A stretch of 61,799 nucleotides of DNA, the filler included, from Dugesia japonica (Eukaryota), in assembly GCA_001938525.1 (NCBI GenBank). It is 5 parts of 5 records of this genome, joined end to end, with 100 filler letters (N's around TTAATTAATTAA, not from the genome) between each part and the next. Parts side by side here need not be neighbours in the genome. Positions count along the whole stretch, not along the records: positions 40,501 to 52,725 come from MQRL01580106.1; positions 52,826 to 61,799 come from MQRL01606278.1; 3 more parts are not named here. One strand, written 5' to 3'. The notes beneath the pieces were generated by a model. It was not told the DNA's origin. It was given only the letters and a program-made list of their open reading frames with translations, and did no database searches. Positions 46,433 to 60,112 of the stretch are shown piece by piece. The translations under genes were made by a program, and so were the position numbers. Every line of letters starts with the position of its first letter. Position 1 is the stretch's first letter.

Positions 46433-47269
46433 GTATGAAATTTTTCGTTTATTCTTTTAAAATTATTACAAATTTAAATTAATTAATAATTATAATTTAA
46501 TTGTGATAAAAAATTATCTATTGGTGAAATTTTCCAACGAAATCTAAATTACCATTTTTTATCAATTAAGAAATATAATTATTTTACATTGTCCTTTTTT
46601 TCTCATTTTGTCGTTTGTCTTATTGATCAAACCTTGATTTTTAGCTAGATTTTCAATCAACGAAATATGTGAAAAATGATTTCTTTCAATAAATTTTTTC
46701 AAATTCATATCAATTAAATTTATTTATATTAATTAATTAATTATATTTTAATCTGATATTTTTCAAATTAGATTATGCAAAATTTTCAATAAAATTAAAG
46801 AATATAGATCAAAATATTTTTTTAAAATCCAATAATTATTTTTTTTATAATTGTAATAATAGAATATTCAAATCAATAATTTAATAGTTTTTAATCAATA
46901 ATATTTTCTATAAAATTATTTTCAAGCACTGTATAAATTCTTTGATAATTTCCACGCGAATTGTATAGAATCAGTTAATCAATAATATTTATTAAAATAA
47001 AAAAGAAAATCTATAGTATTTTGATGAGATTAATATGTGAGCTGTTAATTGGCTAATTAATATGCGAGCTGCTAATTGGCTGATTAAAATTAAACTAATG
47101 GCAGTTTTCGGTACTTTTTTAGTTTTCTCCACATTTTTAAAATTTTTGTTTTACCATAATTTTAGTATAACAAAATTATTCAGAGCTCTATATAATTTGT
47201 CGGTTTCTTATTCTTCATGGAAGATTTAAATATATTTACTTTTTTTCTGCATTTTTCCTGCAACAACGA

Positions 47270-47430
47270 GAGAATCACTACAAAATTTTGTAGACCCAAT
47301 CACAGGAGTTAACACGCAGAGTTTAATGTAATTGGAATCTAGCAAAAGCACAAAATAAGAGGCATTATGGAACCAATCGCCAGATGTTAGACATCTACCT
47401 ATGCGAGTTCATGTGTCGAAAACGTCTTGG
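47270..47430 (+). mobile_element. Merlin/ISXO2-like transposase C-terminal remnant in CYB5D1 intron 2
   Basis: NFVDPITGVNTQS...HYGTNRQMLDIYLCEFMCRKR matches the Merlin pattern FVDP.TG.HTQ.IE...YL.EF.WR. Confidence 0.7.
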
Positions 47431-48037
47431 AGATCTCAGTGGTTATGATTGTATTTTGGCCACCAAAGTAGCTTATTACGTTTGGAATTCATTAATTAAT
47501 TTAATAGTGTTTATTAATAAACTTTATTATGTTCAAATTATGGTAAAACAAAAATATGAAAAATGTGCATTGAATCTAAAAATATGCTAATATTAAGGAA
47601 TTTTATATAATGTCGAAACTTTTCCCCTGTTGAATACCAAATTTTCATTATTTTTATGTAATCTCTATAATTTAATTTCAATTTGAAAATTAGCGTTCTT
47701 TAATTGGTTCTTTATTCATTGGCATGCTCTTTTTAATCTTGATTCGAAATTTGTGCACAACTTCGAAATTTTAAATTGTGTAAAAATTTTGACTAATGGA
47801 CAGCATTAATCAAATTAATCAACAAATCGAAAAATATATAAAGAATAGAGGTGGGTGTTTCCATATTAACAATTCTATTATTTTCAGAGTGCAGAAATTA
47901 CCAGCTTTGTTTGTTGACATAAACTTGAAAATAATCGAATTTTCTTAAGAAAATTCCATTGATATTGAGATTTTGAATACCAATCATATAATTCATCCTC
48001 ATTTTCTTATTAGATTGTTGGTTTCAATCGTTTAAAG

Positions 48038-48561
48038 CAGTGGTTCTTAACCGGTGCACCGCGGAAATATGGTAAAAAACTAAAAATTCTCAGAAGATGT
48101 GAAAACCTAAAAATGCTTCACGAAATTATGATTGCCGACGAATCGATTTTATCTAATCGATTATATATGTTGTCTTGCGTTGAATGGGGTTCACTCCCCC
48201 TCCATANNNNNNNNNNNNNNNNNNNNNNNNNNNNNNNNNNNNNNNNNNNNNNNNNNNNNNNNNNNNNGTCAATTCATTATGACATTTGCATCATGACACC
48301 ATGAAAAACCAAGACACGCATTGAATAGTACTGGACTAAACCATTACAAATAATCAAGATACAGAACCTTAGATGAAGAAGCATGCATACTAGATTAAGA
48401 TTCGAATCCATCACAATCCAGGTCGAGGTTAAATACTTGATCCTAATAAAGTTTATGTTCGCATATTTTTCTTTGTTTTTTACCCGTTTGATTTTAGTGC
48501 ACCACTATTTTTTCCTATGATAAAAAGTGCACCATAACTTCGAAAAGGTTAAGAACCATTG
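48038..48561. mobile_element. hAT-family MITE with 8-bp TSD in CYB5D1 intron 2
   Basis: CAGTGGTTCTTAACC...GGTTAAGAACCATTG TIRs flanked by GTTTAAAG (48030-48037 and 48562-48569). Confidence 0.85.
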
Positions 48562-50541
48562 GTTTAAAGGAACAAATAAAGGTCCAACTTTCTAATTCGA
48601 TGTCTTGTTCATAGTTTGTATGCGTTCTCCTTATCTTTCTCATTTTTCTGGGTTTTATTATATATTTTTAGTACTTTTTTGGTATTCTTGATATTAGATA
48701 TTGATTCTTTTATTTTATTTCTTCAATATTATTCCAAAAAATTTCCGTAGCCTTGAACTTTTTATGTTATTTTCATCGCTGTTTCGTAAATTGTGTGGTA
48801 ATTTCGAAATATTTTCTTGAAATTTTTCACAATTTTTAAAGGTGATTAAAATTCGTCATGACTTATAACCTTGAAAACTCGATTTTCACTTAAATATATC
48901 AAAAGGATCAATCTATTATTTAATCCATGAAACAATCTACACTTTCAATAAAAAATACGATTTATATACAATATTTTATTGAATATATATTCTAAAATTT
49001 AAATATTTTTTTGCATAACTTTTAGAGTTATGTATTTTTGTTGGAAATTATATAATATTTATCTATCTAATACCGTGCTCGTAGACCCATTTCAATCATT
49101 TGAACGAGTTTTATTTGATTATGCAAAACATTAGACGCAGCATACTACTCTGTCAGTTGTAAGTTTTCCATGTTTTATGTTATCCGGAATTATTTCACAT
49201 TGATAATATATTGCACGGTCGATTCTAGACAATTGGTGTGTATNNNNNNNNNNNNNNTTACCTTTCAATATTCAATATTTATGTTTGAAGTAAAGAAGTT
49301 TTATTTTTAGTGAATAGCAAAAATGCTATTATTTTTATGTATAAACTAAGATATGCTGAGTTTTTTTAATTTAAATAATAATCGTTACCTTGAAATAATT
49401 TAAACTTCCAATTGTGGGGGGTTGTACACTGCGAATCAATATATGAAAAAATAATCTGATGAAACACGGAAGAAAATTAAACCAAAATACGAATCAGGAA
49501 AGTAATATATAGATATTAGCATAGACCTTGAAATAAAATATGAAATTGTTAGGAGTGTAATTAACAAGTTTAAGAAACAAGCACAAAACGAATTTTACAA
49601 AAAAAAATTCAATGAAAATTGTTCAATTACTTTAAAATCAATCAAAAGTTTTTTATACGCTCAAAAAAAAATTAGTATTTCGATTTCGACAATCTAAAGG
49701 GCTACAGAGTTTTTTTATTTGACGAAATAGTTAATTTATGTGAGAAACCGTGTAAGATAGCCAGTTAATATTTTCCAGTATATCAATATTTTCTTATAAT
49801 ATTTTTTTTATATTTAACAGACCGTATAACCAGTTTAAATCCATGTCTTGGGCCATACATGCAAAATTTTCGGGTCGAAGGTTGTGCATCTTTGATATTA
49901 TTATATATATAACACTGTTAAATTGTCATTTTACAGCTAGTACTTTGAAGGAGATCGTTGTGAATCCATGAAATATTGGTTGTATTGAATTATATTTCTA
50001 TAATAAAATATATTTTGGATTTTTCACAGACTTGGGTCGCGGGCCGCATGTAACATAGTCGCGGTTCGTATATTGTGCACCCCTGATATATTATATCATT
50101 CTGAAATATTTTAATTAATTTGGAATAAAGCTGTTCTGTAATTACTCCTTTTTATTCATTTTTATTTTGGGTTTTCTTCTTATTTGAAGACAATAAACTT
50201 CATCTTTAACTACCAAAACCATTTAAAAATAAACCTTGATGTTTGATAGTTGTTTATTAACAATATTAAATAATCAGCTTCTTTTAAATATTCCTTGAAA
50301 AATTATTTTTTGCAGAAAATTACCCGGTATAATTATTGTCATCAGTATTTCTTGTATTAAATATTTATTTAGTTTCCCTAAAATTTCTCTCGATATATTA
50401 ATAGCCCCTAAAATAGTTTTGAAAAATTCTTTTGAAAAATAAATTGGTAGAATCACCGAGAAACAATGTGGGGGTGACTTAATGAGTATCAACTATCAAA
50501 CTGAACAATTTACTATTGAAAATTCGTACATACTCATTTAG

Positions 50542-50772
50542 GTGTGTTCAGAAGATACAATTAGTGACATCATGGAGAGATATTTGCATTATAATTCTCA
50601 TTGTGGTTCTTACACTTGGAAACACAACCAAGTTGTTCTAGATATGGATAAAACATTATCAGAAAACAATATTCCTGATGAAGACGAAGAATTTTACCAA
50701 CTGAAAATTAATGATGCCGAATTTTTGACAACTCTTCACTTATATTATAATGATGATCTTACAGAAGCATGA
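50542..50772 (+). CDS. CYB5D1: CYB5D1 exon 3 (terminal)
   Basis: Acceptor tttag at 50537-50541, then VCSEDTI...RYLHYNSHCGSYTWK...LDMDKTLSENNI...LHLYYNDDLTEA*. Confidence 0.92.
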   Translation: MCSEDTISDIMERYLHYNSHCGSYTWKHNQVVLDMDKTLSENNIPDEDEEFYQLKINDAEFLTTLHLYYNDDLTEA

Positions 50773-51991
50773 TTTCACATATTAATTTATTTTGATTATG
50801 TAATACAATACCAAATTGTGTTTTATTTATTTATTATTTATTTAATGCATTATAGATTTTACAATTACAATTATTACGAGAATAACTGTTGGACTTAACC
50901 ATTGATCGTTTTTGATATTTCATTAAATTAAAATCTTTGATCAAAATATTGTTTTGTTTCTTTTTATTTCTTTATTTGGTAGTTATCTAAATTTTCGACT
51001 ACTGTCTTCTTCAGGAATTATTTGAGCCATATTATAATTTGCATTGTTTAAAAATTTATTGAGAATTGCTATTCGATTAAACGGAGGATCGTTTAGTGCA
51101 TTATTGAATACATGGAGTAGCGTGTCTTTAAAAAGGCATAGGGTAAGGAAACTTGCTACGTTAAACAACGTGTTGAATACGAATTTGGTGTCGGTGAAAT
51201 GATAGTTGGCGTCTATGTTAATAAAAAATGTAAACGTAGGTCCAGTGAAATTTTGTATGTTAGATAAACTGCTATGTGGCATCGACTTCATAATTAAGAA
51301 TGAAATATTTCTCAGAAACGAGGTTACCATTATATTTTCAAACATTTAATCACACGGAGTTGTTGAAAATTAGAGTTTGAAAGTCTGTATAGTAAATAAT
51401 ATACCAAGAGAGGAAGAATTAGTAGATACATGCACAGAGAATTATTAGAGCTTACTGATTAAAGACAATTATTTTAAAAACATAGTTTGACTACGATAAA
51501 TAAAAATACAATTATTCAACACAGATATACAAAGTAGGAATTGGAGAAATATGACGAATTCAAGACCGTGTTTTCCTTGTGAATGTGCAACAAGTAAAAG
51601 AAGGTAAAACGAAAGAGTACCGTGTAATTTATTACAGGTTCTTAAATGATCAAATTGTTAGCCTTTCAGGTTGGTTGCTTCCTAGTTCTCAAGATAGATT
51701 CAGAGAATGACTCGTGTGAGGGCTTTATTGCGCTGTTATGAACCTTATAAAGACGTACCTACAAATCAGAGTCAAGAAAGCTTTGTGGACTTGTCAAGTT
51801 TTGCGGTTTGATGACAAGTTGGATGTCATGATTTGATTATAGCAAATTGATGATGAATCAATCAATCTGCTAGTCAACAGATCTTATTTTAAAAATATTT
51901 TAAATACTAATTCCAAGAACTACTTAAGAATTTATTTTAGAGTACGTTTAATACTATTTTCTCATCAAATCGATCATTTATTCTTATTTTG

Positions 51992-52475
51992 CATATTGTT
52001 AGTAATTTATTGTCATTAGCAGGTGAAACGTTTTTCTTACTTTTTGCTCTATTTATTTTAATTCCTTATTTTTTAACACCATTTTTATGAACTATCCTTT
52101 TGCACCAGTATCAAAAACCTTAAAATTATTTGGAATTATATCGTCAAAGAATTAAAAAGAAATTTTTCAAAAAATTAACTAAATTAAATCATGGAAATCA
52201 TTATCGTTNNNNNNNNNNNNNNNNNNNNNNNNNNNNNNNNNNNNNNNNNNNNNNNNNNCATATTGTTAGTAATTTATTGTCATTAGCAGGTGAAACGTTT
52301 TTCTTACTTTTTGCTCTATTTATTTTAATTCCCTATTTTTTAACACCATTTTTATGAACTATTCTTTTGCACCAGTATCAAAAACCTTAAAATTATTTGG
52401 AATTATATCGTCAAAGAATTAAAAAGAAATTTTACAAAAAATTAACTAAATTAAATCATGGAAATCATTATCGTT
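51992..52475. repeat. ~217-bp direct duplication across an N gap
   Basis: 51992-52208 is about equal to 52259-52475 with few mismatches. Probably an allelic or assembly overlap. Confidence 0.7.
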
Positions 52476-52669
52476 GTTATTGTATGAACAATTAGTTCTG
52501 TGCATAATTTCGTTAAGTTTTTATACAAATATTTTATTTAATTCAAATTATTAAAATACTTTTTAAAATACTAAAAAATAGAAAATTTAAAGTTTTAATG
52601 TTGTTTAAATGAATCAAATAAGACAAAAGTACTAAAAGTTTCATTTTTTCAAATGTGATAACATTTAAA

Positions 52670-52725
52670 ATGGAAGATAGAAAAGAACATTTTAGGCACA
52701 TATTGCTTTATTATTTCTGGAATAG
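52670..52725 (+). mobile_element. Start of a mariner transposase, truncated by a gap
   Basis: MEDRKEHFRHILLYYF is a typical mariner N-terminus. Confidence 0.6.
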
Positions 52726-52825
52726 NNNNNNNNNNNNNNNNNNNNNNNNNNNNNNNNNNNNNNNNNNNNTTAATTAATTAANNNNNNNNNNNNNNNNNNN
52801 NNNNNNNNNNNNNNNNNNNNNNNNN

Positions 52826-55543
52826 GTCGTCATCATGAATGTTAGAGCTTTATAATCTGTTCTAAGAGTAAATCTTCTACCGTACAAACAGTGTTTGAAG
52901 TGCATGCAGAAATAATAAACAGCCAATAATTTCTTTCGTGTGATCCAATATCCATTTTCCTGACTCGTCATTGAGTGTGATCTATAGGCAACAACTCTTT
53001 CTCTTCCTTCTTTATCTCTCTGTGACAATACTGCTCCAATCGTTTCAATACTGGCATCCGTATCTAATATAAATTCTTTGTTTATGTCTGGAAAATACAA
53101 TATTGGTGCAGTCATTAGAGATTTTTTCAGACTCTCAAAGGTATCGTTTATTTCATCTGTCCATTCTAATTTCTTGTTGATTGGTCCGCTACACAACTGC
53201 TCTAATATTTTTGATTTTCTTGCGTAGTTTTCTATAAATTTTCTAAAATAATTACAAATTCTCAAGAAACTTCGTAATTTCTTCAGTTAGGTTTGCCAAA
53301 TGTTTTTATTGCTTTTATTTTAGACGGATCAGTTCTGACACCATCCTTGCTAATTAAACTGGTGCCTCTGCGATGCCAAATAGAATTCTATTAAAACATT
53401 ATTGTCCATGCTTTGTTGGAGACGCCGTTATTTCTTGAGATTCTTCTTTGAGCTCTACTTCATAGCATGCATTTTCTAAATCCGTTGAACTGAAATATTT
53501 AGCTCTATCTAACTTTTCCAGCATTTCATCAACATTAGGGATAGGAAAGGTTTGTCTTTTCGTTACTGCATTCAATTGTTTGAAATCGAAACGAATTCGT
53601 CTTTTTTTTCGTCTTTCGTCTTTCTTTTTTTTTCAAACACAAATCAGTGGGGTATTTCATGGAGAGTTGCATTTCTAGATAATATTTTTCTCGAAAAGGT
53701 TTTGGATAGCTTCTTCAATTTTAGATTCTAAGTNNATTGGTTGTCTATACGGTTTTACATTGATTGGTTCACCACTTGTGATTATTTTGTGTCTTATCAG
53801 ATGTGTGCGTCCTACATATCATTTATCTGCCATAAAAGCATCTTCTTTACTTCTAATTATTTTCAATAACCGTTGATTTTCTTTAATCTTCAAAATATTT
53901 AAAGATCTTGTCAATCGCTTTCCTTTTTTAATTAGTCTTCCGAATTTCGGTTCAATATTGCAAATGTAATTTTCGACTTTTCATCCGTTTTGTAATCAAC
54001 CTTTCGCATAAGCTGATTTTCAAAAATCTTCTGCATATCTATTCCTCTTATCACATCTGGTGTCACTCTTTCAGCAACTAAGAAGGTAACCTCTCTACAA
54101 ACGTCATCAATTATCACACCGGTTCTAAATTTTCCAACAATTTTAAGTGTACTATTATTTGCACAACGCAATCTTTCATCACTCATTACTAAATGTATTT
54201 CTCGTAATTTATTAAATCAAATCAAACTCATTACGTTTATTCGAGTCCCTGTATCTAATAGACATTCAACTTTATTTCCTTGAATTGATACCGGAACACT
54301 TGGTCTGCCTTGCTCTTTATGGTACGCATTATTTGTTTTCTTTTCTTCTTTAACTGTTCCAACTCATTCTACTTTTTTATCATCTGCAAAGTTTTCCCAC
54401 TTTTAGAACCTGTATACTTTTTCTGTACTTTTTTCTATATCATTCCACTTTTTGACCCCTTGAGGATAATTACTCACTTCATTTAATCATAAATTGCTCC
54501 AACCAACTCTTCTACTAGTGGAGCCTTGCCTTTTGGGTACTACCTTTCGGAATCACTTTCATATACTTCCTCATACCCATCGCTTATACTGACATCTTCA
54601 TGTTCAATCGAATGTACTCGAATTTATCGGTTTCTTGATCTATCTGCAGTCATAAATTTCTCACTTGGTCTTTTAATTTTTAAATTTGTGTAGCACTCTT
54701 CTGTTCTATGTCCACCATTACCACATCGTTTACACCTCACTTCTTGACATAACCTTCTAATATGACCAACCTTTCCACAACTAAAACATTTTGATGGTTT
54801 TTTATTTGGACAATCTCGACTTATATGTCCTGTTTTATGATAAGTCCAACACTCTACCACTTTCTTTGTCGGAGAATCTGCTTTATTATTACCGATCCTT
54901 TGACATGACCAACATTCGATATGTTGTTTTTCCTTTCTTTGCTTCACATTTCTATTCACAGTATGATTTACTGGTTTCTGATAATTTCGATTTGTAACTC
55001 TCGCGTAACTTTTAACTGCATCAACTCAATATCTATTTTTCTCTATTCGATCTACTAACGTCATTGTTTCTTCAATTTCTTCTAAATTCTCTCGTTTCCG
55101 GAAAGTCACTTCTTCTTCAACTGTTTTGTTATCTGAACAATATACTAGCATCTTTGCTACCTTTTTGTCTTTTGTAAAATCTTTTTTTGTAAATAATCTT
55201 TCCACTAAATCTTTTACATTTTTAAAATAAACTTGAATCTCTTAATTTCCACGCCTGTAGTTAATAAAATTTTGAAAGTTTTTGATATCATCTTTCTATT
55301 TCTCAAATGCCATACGTAAACGATCCTGAAATCCTTCAACTTTTTTTAACGTCTTTGCATATTCTTCCAACAAATCTTCATCTAACATACAAGAGAGTAA
55401 TCTCTCCTGTTGTTTCACATGGGTGATGTTTTTAGCTTCAAAATAAAATTCACATTGCTTGATGAATTTCTCAATATCCTCTCTGCAGAACACATTCAGC
55501 AATAACCTCTCTGTAATAGAATCTGTATTTACCGCTGCCCCCA
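52826..55543 (-). mobile_element. Decayed Gypsy/Ty3 LTR retrotransposon internal region (gag-PR-RT-RNase H)
   Basis: gag with four CCHC knuckles (54624-54959), protease CLLDTG (~54250-54270), RT with SP*NTP and FGIAEAP but the YxDD segment deleted, and RNase H FILDTDAS...GAVLSQ...RTDYKAL. Integrase is lost in the gap. Confidence 0.9.
55531..55543 (-). promoter_or_regulatory. Putative primer binding site
   Basis: The minus strand reads ...TAACA|TGGGGGCAGCGGT: an LTR-like CA end followed by a TGG-initiated tRNA-complementary tract just upstream of gag. Confidence 0.6.
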
Positions 55544-56015
55544 TGTTAGATATAACTACAATTGGTAATTTATTTTGCAAATCATTACTAATATTTTGAG
55601 ACATCATTTAATTTACTACTACAAACAACGTTTCATAATATAAATAAAATCGAAATACAAGCATTTCAATATTAGTATTTATATAACTCAATTTCTATTG
55701 GGTGAAATTATTAATTAATAATTATTTCCTCATAATTTTTATTATTATTATTATTAGATATTTTGGGGAGAAATAACAATTTATTTATGCTGACTCCAAA
55801 TTTTACTTAATTTTAAATGCGTGAAGGTTTATAGATAATTTTAATATGATAATAATAATAAATTTAGATAACACAATTTATATTTAAAGATTTATTAATC
55901 AAATAATATTTGTACAATAAAAAAATTACAAATAATAATATGTTTAGTGATTTTTAGGATTTAGCGTAAACCGCTCTATATTGATTTTAGCTGAAAGATG
56001 AAAACCGGTATTACA
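55544..56015 (-). repeat. Possible 5' LTR of the Gypsy element
   Basis: The minus strand runs TGTAATACCGG ... TAACA. No second LTR is present to confirm it, so the outer boundary is a guess. Confidence 0.3.
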
Positions 56016-57788
56016 ATACAGTCCTGATATGTAATGAATGGTGGGCCTAGGTTTCCTAACCACACGTAAATAATGCAAGATGTGTAATTTAGGCGGCTGA
56101 TTTTACTACAGATAATATATAATATATCAGTGTTTAAACCACTGTAATATTATCTAAAAATAAATGATTATAATTAAGAAACGAATAATAATCTAATTAG
56201 ATTTATATTTGTTCTAAAAAAATCAAAATTTTACCTTAAACTGCTAATTATTAGCTTTCAAATTTTTACATCTGCTTATTAGCTTAACAACTATTTTATC
56301 TTAAAAATTTATGTCTGAAATCTAATGATTTNNNNNNNNNNNNNNNNNNNNNNNNNNNNNNNNNNNNNNNNNNNNNNNNNAGGGAAAATTCAAGCAAAAA
56401 TATTCATTTTTACAAAATATAGTAATTATTTATTACTCGATTGAGAAATACGAGTGAGAAAAAATATTGATTAATTTTAAGTTATTTTAAGTTACTAAAT
56501 TTAGTAATTATAAAAAATTCTTTTTATTAAAACTGAATGGCATTGAAACAAAATATTAAATTGAAGAATTTAAACAATGACCTTTATAAAAAATTAAATT
56601 GATGATTTTAAATTTTTAAATGAATTAATAAACTAAATAAAATCCATGTTAGCTTAGCTTACAACCCTAACATTATTATTATTATTATTATTACCATAAT
56701 ATTAATAATTATCGCAATAATATTGATTTCGATAAAAAGATTGAAACTGTGTTGAATAATTCGAACCTGAGAAACCCTTTGTCAAACTGTGTTGCGCTAT
56801 TTGTTTTATCAAGTCTTTATTCTGAAGGTTTTAAAAGGTTTTCGAACTCAATTCTAAAAGCTACTAAGGATCTTCCTTTATTGAAAATTGTTTCTACATC
56901 TCATAAGATTGTTAATAGCTTTGTTAATAAATCCAAAACACCAATTGGTTTGTGTTNNNNNNNNNNNNNNNNNNNNNNNNNNNNNNNNNNNNNNNNNACA
57001 TACATTGGAGACTGCCCATCATCTCTGTACAAGTATTCAAGAGCATAATCGTTTTGATAGTATTAGTAATATTGCTGAGCTTAAAAAGATTTTACGGTAT
57101 AGAACTCAGTTCTGGCTTTTTTTAATTTACCAATTTGATGAAGATGTATAATAAAAGTCGATTGATCACATTTGAACTCAAATGTTAATTTACTACTGCA
57201 AAGTTGCAAGTATAAATCAGCCACTTATACCAGAGCATCATTATCCCGACTCTAAAAGTCTACTAGCTCGCGAGATATCTTTTAGATAAAATTTACCTAT
57301 TCTAAATTAGTCAATCCATTTAAAGAATTTTTGTACACTTATCACATTACTATAAAGTGAAATATTATTGGTAGCACTTAATGTTTATAATATTTTTCAT
57401 TACATGACAGTCTAAATCAAAAAACTTCAAAAATTTAAAATCAATTTTAGTACGAAATGAATTCTCATTAATGAATTAAATAAATTGTAAATGCAATCGA
57501 TTCCTTTATTGAAAATTGTTTCTACATCTCACAAGATTGTTAATAGCTTTGTTAATAAATCCCAAACACCGAGTAGTTTGTGTTCTAACCTTGTTTATCA
57601 ATTTAAATGTAACAGAGTGTTAATTTTAATTAATATACTATATTTAAAAATGTGAATATTTATGCCTCACTTTAATATAATATGAAAATTATAAAATATT
57701 ATTATTAAATTGCTAATTTTAATCGTATCATAGAGAAAATCGGAAATATCAATGATAATAAATATAATAAATAATCTTAAAAACTTAC

Positions 57789-57983
57789 TCTGAATAAAGA
57801 AGGAGCGTGATCAATCATAAATTTTAAACAATGATGTGTTGCTTTTTGATCTTCTAAATCTCTGGGATCTGGACCATGTATACTTTTTCTCATGCGAATT
57901 GGACTGACAGATGATGAATTTATAATATGTGGAGAATGAAATAATGACGGTGACAAGCAAACGGCTAAATTGTATGATGTCAT
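57789..57983 (-). CDS. Internal exon of a DLC1/STARD13-type RhoGAP
   Basis: tttag acceptor and GTAAGT donor, phase 0/0. MTSYNLAVCLSPSLFH...PDPRDLEDQKA...LKFMI...LF matches the end of the DLC1/STARD13 RhoGAP domain. Confidence 0.85.
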
Positions 57984-59500
57984 CTAAANNNNNNNNNNNN
58001 NNNNNNNNNNNNNNNNNNNNNNNNNNNNNNNNNNNNNTATTTTGTTAATATAACTTTCAAAGATATCTTGGCAAAATCTTTTTTAAAGAGGAATATTTTT
58101 AAAAATTTGAAATATATTTGAGACATATGGTTTGCATTTAAGAAAAGAAATCAAATGATTCAATTAATTAAAAATTAATTAATTTTAATTATATTTCTTT
58201 TATTCAAATTTATTAAAATATTTTTTTAATTTTTATCAAATAAATTTTAATGTTTATGATAAAATTATGAACCTTTGTAAATATATTTCTGAAATCAGTA
58301 AGTTAATGAGAATTTGATTATCGCTTCAAAACGATAAAAACATAAATAAATCAAAATTAAATACTTATTTTTTGCATGATATTATTAACGATTATTTTAC
58401 TTAGATTTACACATTATTGATTTTTACAAATCAATCAATAACAAGTAAATTATGAAAAAAACAAAAATGTTGACAAAAAATAAAATANAAAAAACCAGTG
58501 ATAATATGAANNAGAACAAGAGTAATTAAAAGAATTTAAAGTGATCATTTATCAAACTTTAGAAATTCCAAGTAAGAAAATAAAATATTAGTAGGCAATG
58601 ATGATACAGTGGCGATATTTAAAATTATGAGTGTGAAGATTAATTGTAAATAAGAAAATGTTTGATTTTCAATATTCGCGTTAAAATATTTATTTGAAAT
58701 TGATTAATTTTGAAAGGGTTCTATTGTGAAAATTTTAACGTGAAGTTTATTTGATTCAATTTATTTTTTGAAATTTTTAATTTGGTCAAGATAAAATTAA
58801 ATTTCAATTTTGTATTAATTTTGAAATTATTGTAATTTTTATTTTTAATTAATTTTCATAGTTTTGACAGTATTTGAATTGAAATTTTAAAATAATTAAA
58901 TTTTATGTATATTAATTATTTTTTAATTGTATTAAATTTTATTCGTGGGTATTTATTCGTGTATCCATAATTGCTTTAATGGAATTTCAGGAATAGTTAT
59001 TTGCCACGGTGAAGAAGAAAACATTTGCAGTATTTAATAAAAATAAATATTGGTGATGAAAGAAGATTATTCTTTTCCAGAGGTATGTACGCCTCAATTA
59101 GATTTTCACGTATGTAATAGGTTGGCGAATTTCAAATTAGTTTAGGCAAATAAGGAATATCAGAATAAGAAAGTAGTGGTGCACTGGGCTATCCAACTCT
59201 CAGGATTTTTATTTCAGGTAAACTGTCCAAAATTTGATTGTTCGAAAATTAGGTGTGAGCATTTCAAAGCGATTTTATTGGTCAAAATGTTTTAAGGTCA
59301 AGTGGCCTAGAATTTGATCTGTCGAAACATTTTTTCAATCAATTTTTAGTCATTATTTAAATATGNAAGTTGTGCTCGAAGATCTCGAAGTCTTTTTCAA
59401 AAATTTCAAAGATTTAGTTTAAAAATTCCTAACAAATTAAAAACAGACAAAAAAGAAAATCATTGCAAAAATGCAAATAATTTTCTTAGATAACAAATAA

Positions 59501-59636
59501 CATAGCCTTTTTCAAGAACTGTTGTTCAATAAACTCTTATTACGAACTTTGACATAAAGACTGTTTAAAAAAGTTTGCTTTATGTCAAAGTTCGTAATAA
59601 GAATTTACTGAACAAAAGTACCTGAAGAAGACTATG
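59501..59636. repeat. Long inverted repeat / foldback MITE
   Basis: Arms of ~59 bp (core TCTTATTACGAACTTTGACATAAAG / CTTTATGTCAAAGTTCGTAATAAGA) around an ~18-bp loop. Confidence 0.8.
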
Positions 59637-59931
59637 CTAAAATATTAAAAATAAAAGAACAGCAATTTTAATCTTTAAGTAATTTGTTAAAAAAAAATTG
59701 AAATAAATATATACTTGTTGTTTAAAACAACTTTATTTACAATAATTCAATTTAATTTTAGACTAGTAATGTAATATAACCTAATTATGTTTAGAAAAAT
59801 ATAAACTATTAGGAAAAATTATGTGTAATTAATAAGTCATGTAATTTAAATTTGTATGTTTTTATTGTTGTCAATAGATTTATTTTGTAAATTTACATTT
59901 TACATTTATAATCAATAATGATATTTTAATA

Positions 59932-60112
59932 CCGTATTTTCCACCAGATGGTTTATCTATACAAAAAATGTAAAAATCAAGCAAATGTGACTATGCGCGT
60001 TATACACAGGAAAAAATTGTATTTAAAAGTGAAGTGTTTATTTTATCAATTCGATAAAAATTATTAAGATGCGCCTTATCTGTTGGTGTGCGGTCTCTGG
60101 CGGAAAATACGG
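59932..60112. mobile_element. Tc1/mariner-pogo type MITE with TA TSD
   Basis: TA|CCGTATTTTCCACCAGA ... TCTGGCGGAAAATACGG|TA. Confidence 0.75.

Noticed and set aside
50983-51345. 120-aa minus-strand ORF converging on CYB5D1
   Set aside because: No recognisable motif. It could be part of a spliced host gene (e.g. a downstream RhoGAP exon), but I cannot support a call.
56874-57585. ~80-bp duplicated segment (56874-56956 and ~57502-57584) and short ORFs
   Set aside because: Looks like decayed repeat sequence. No identifiable family or protein motif.
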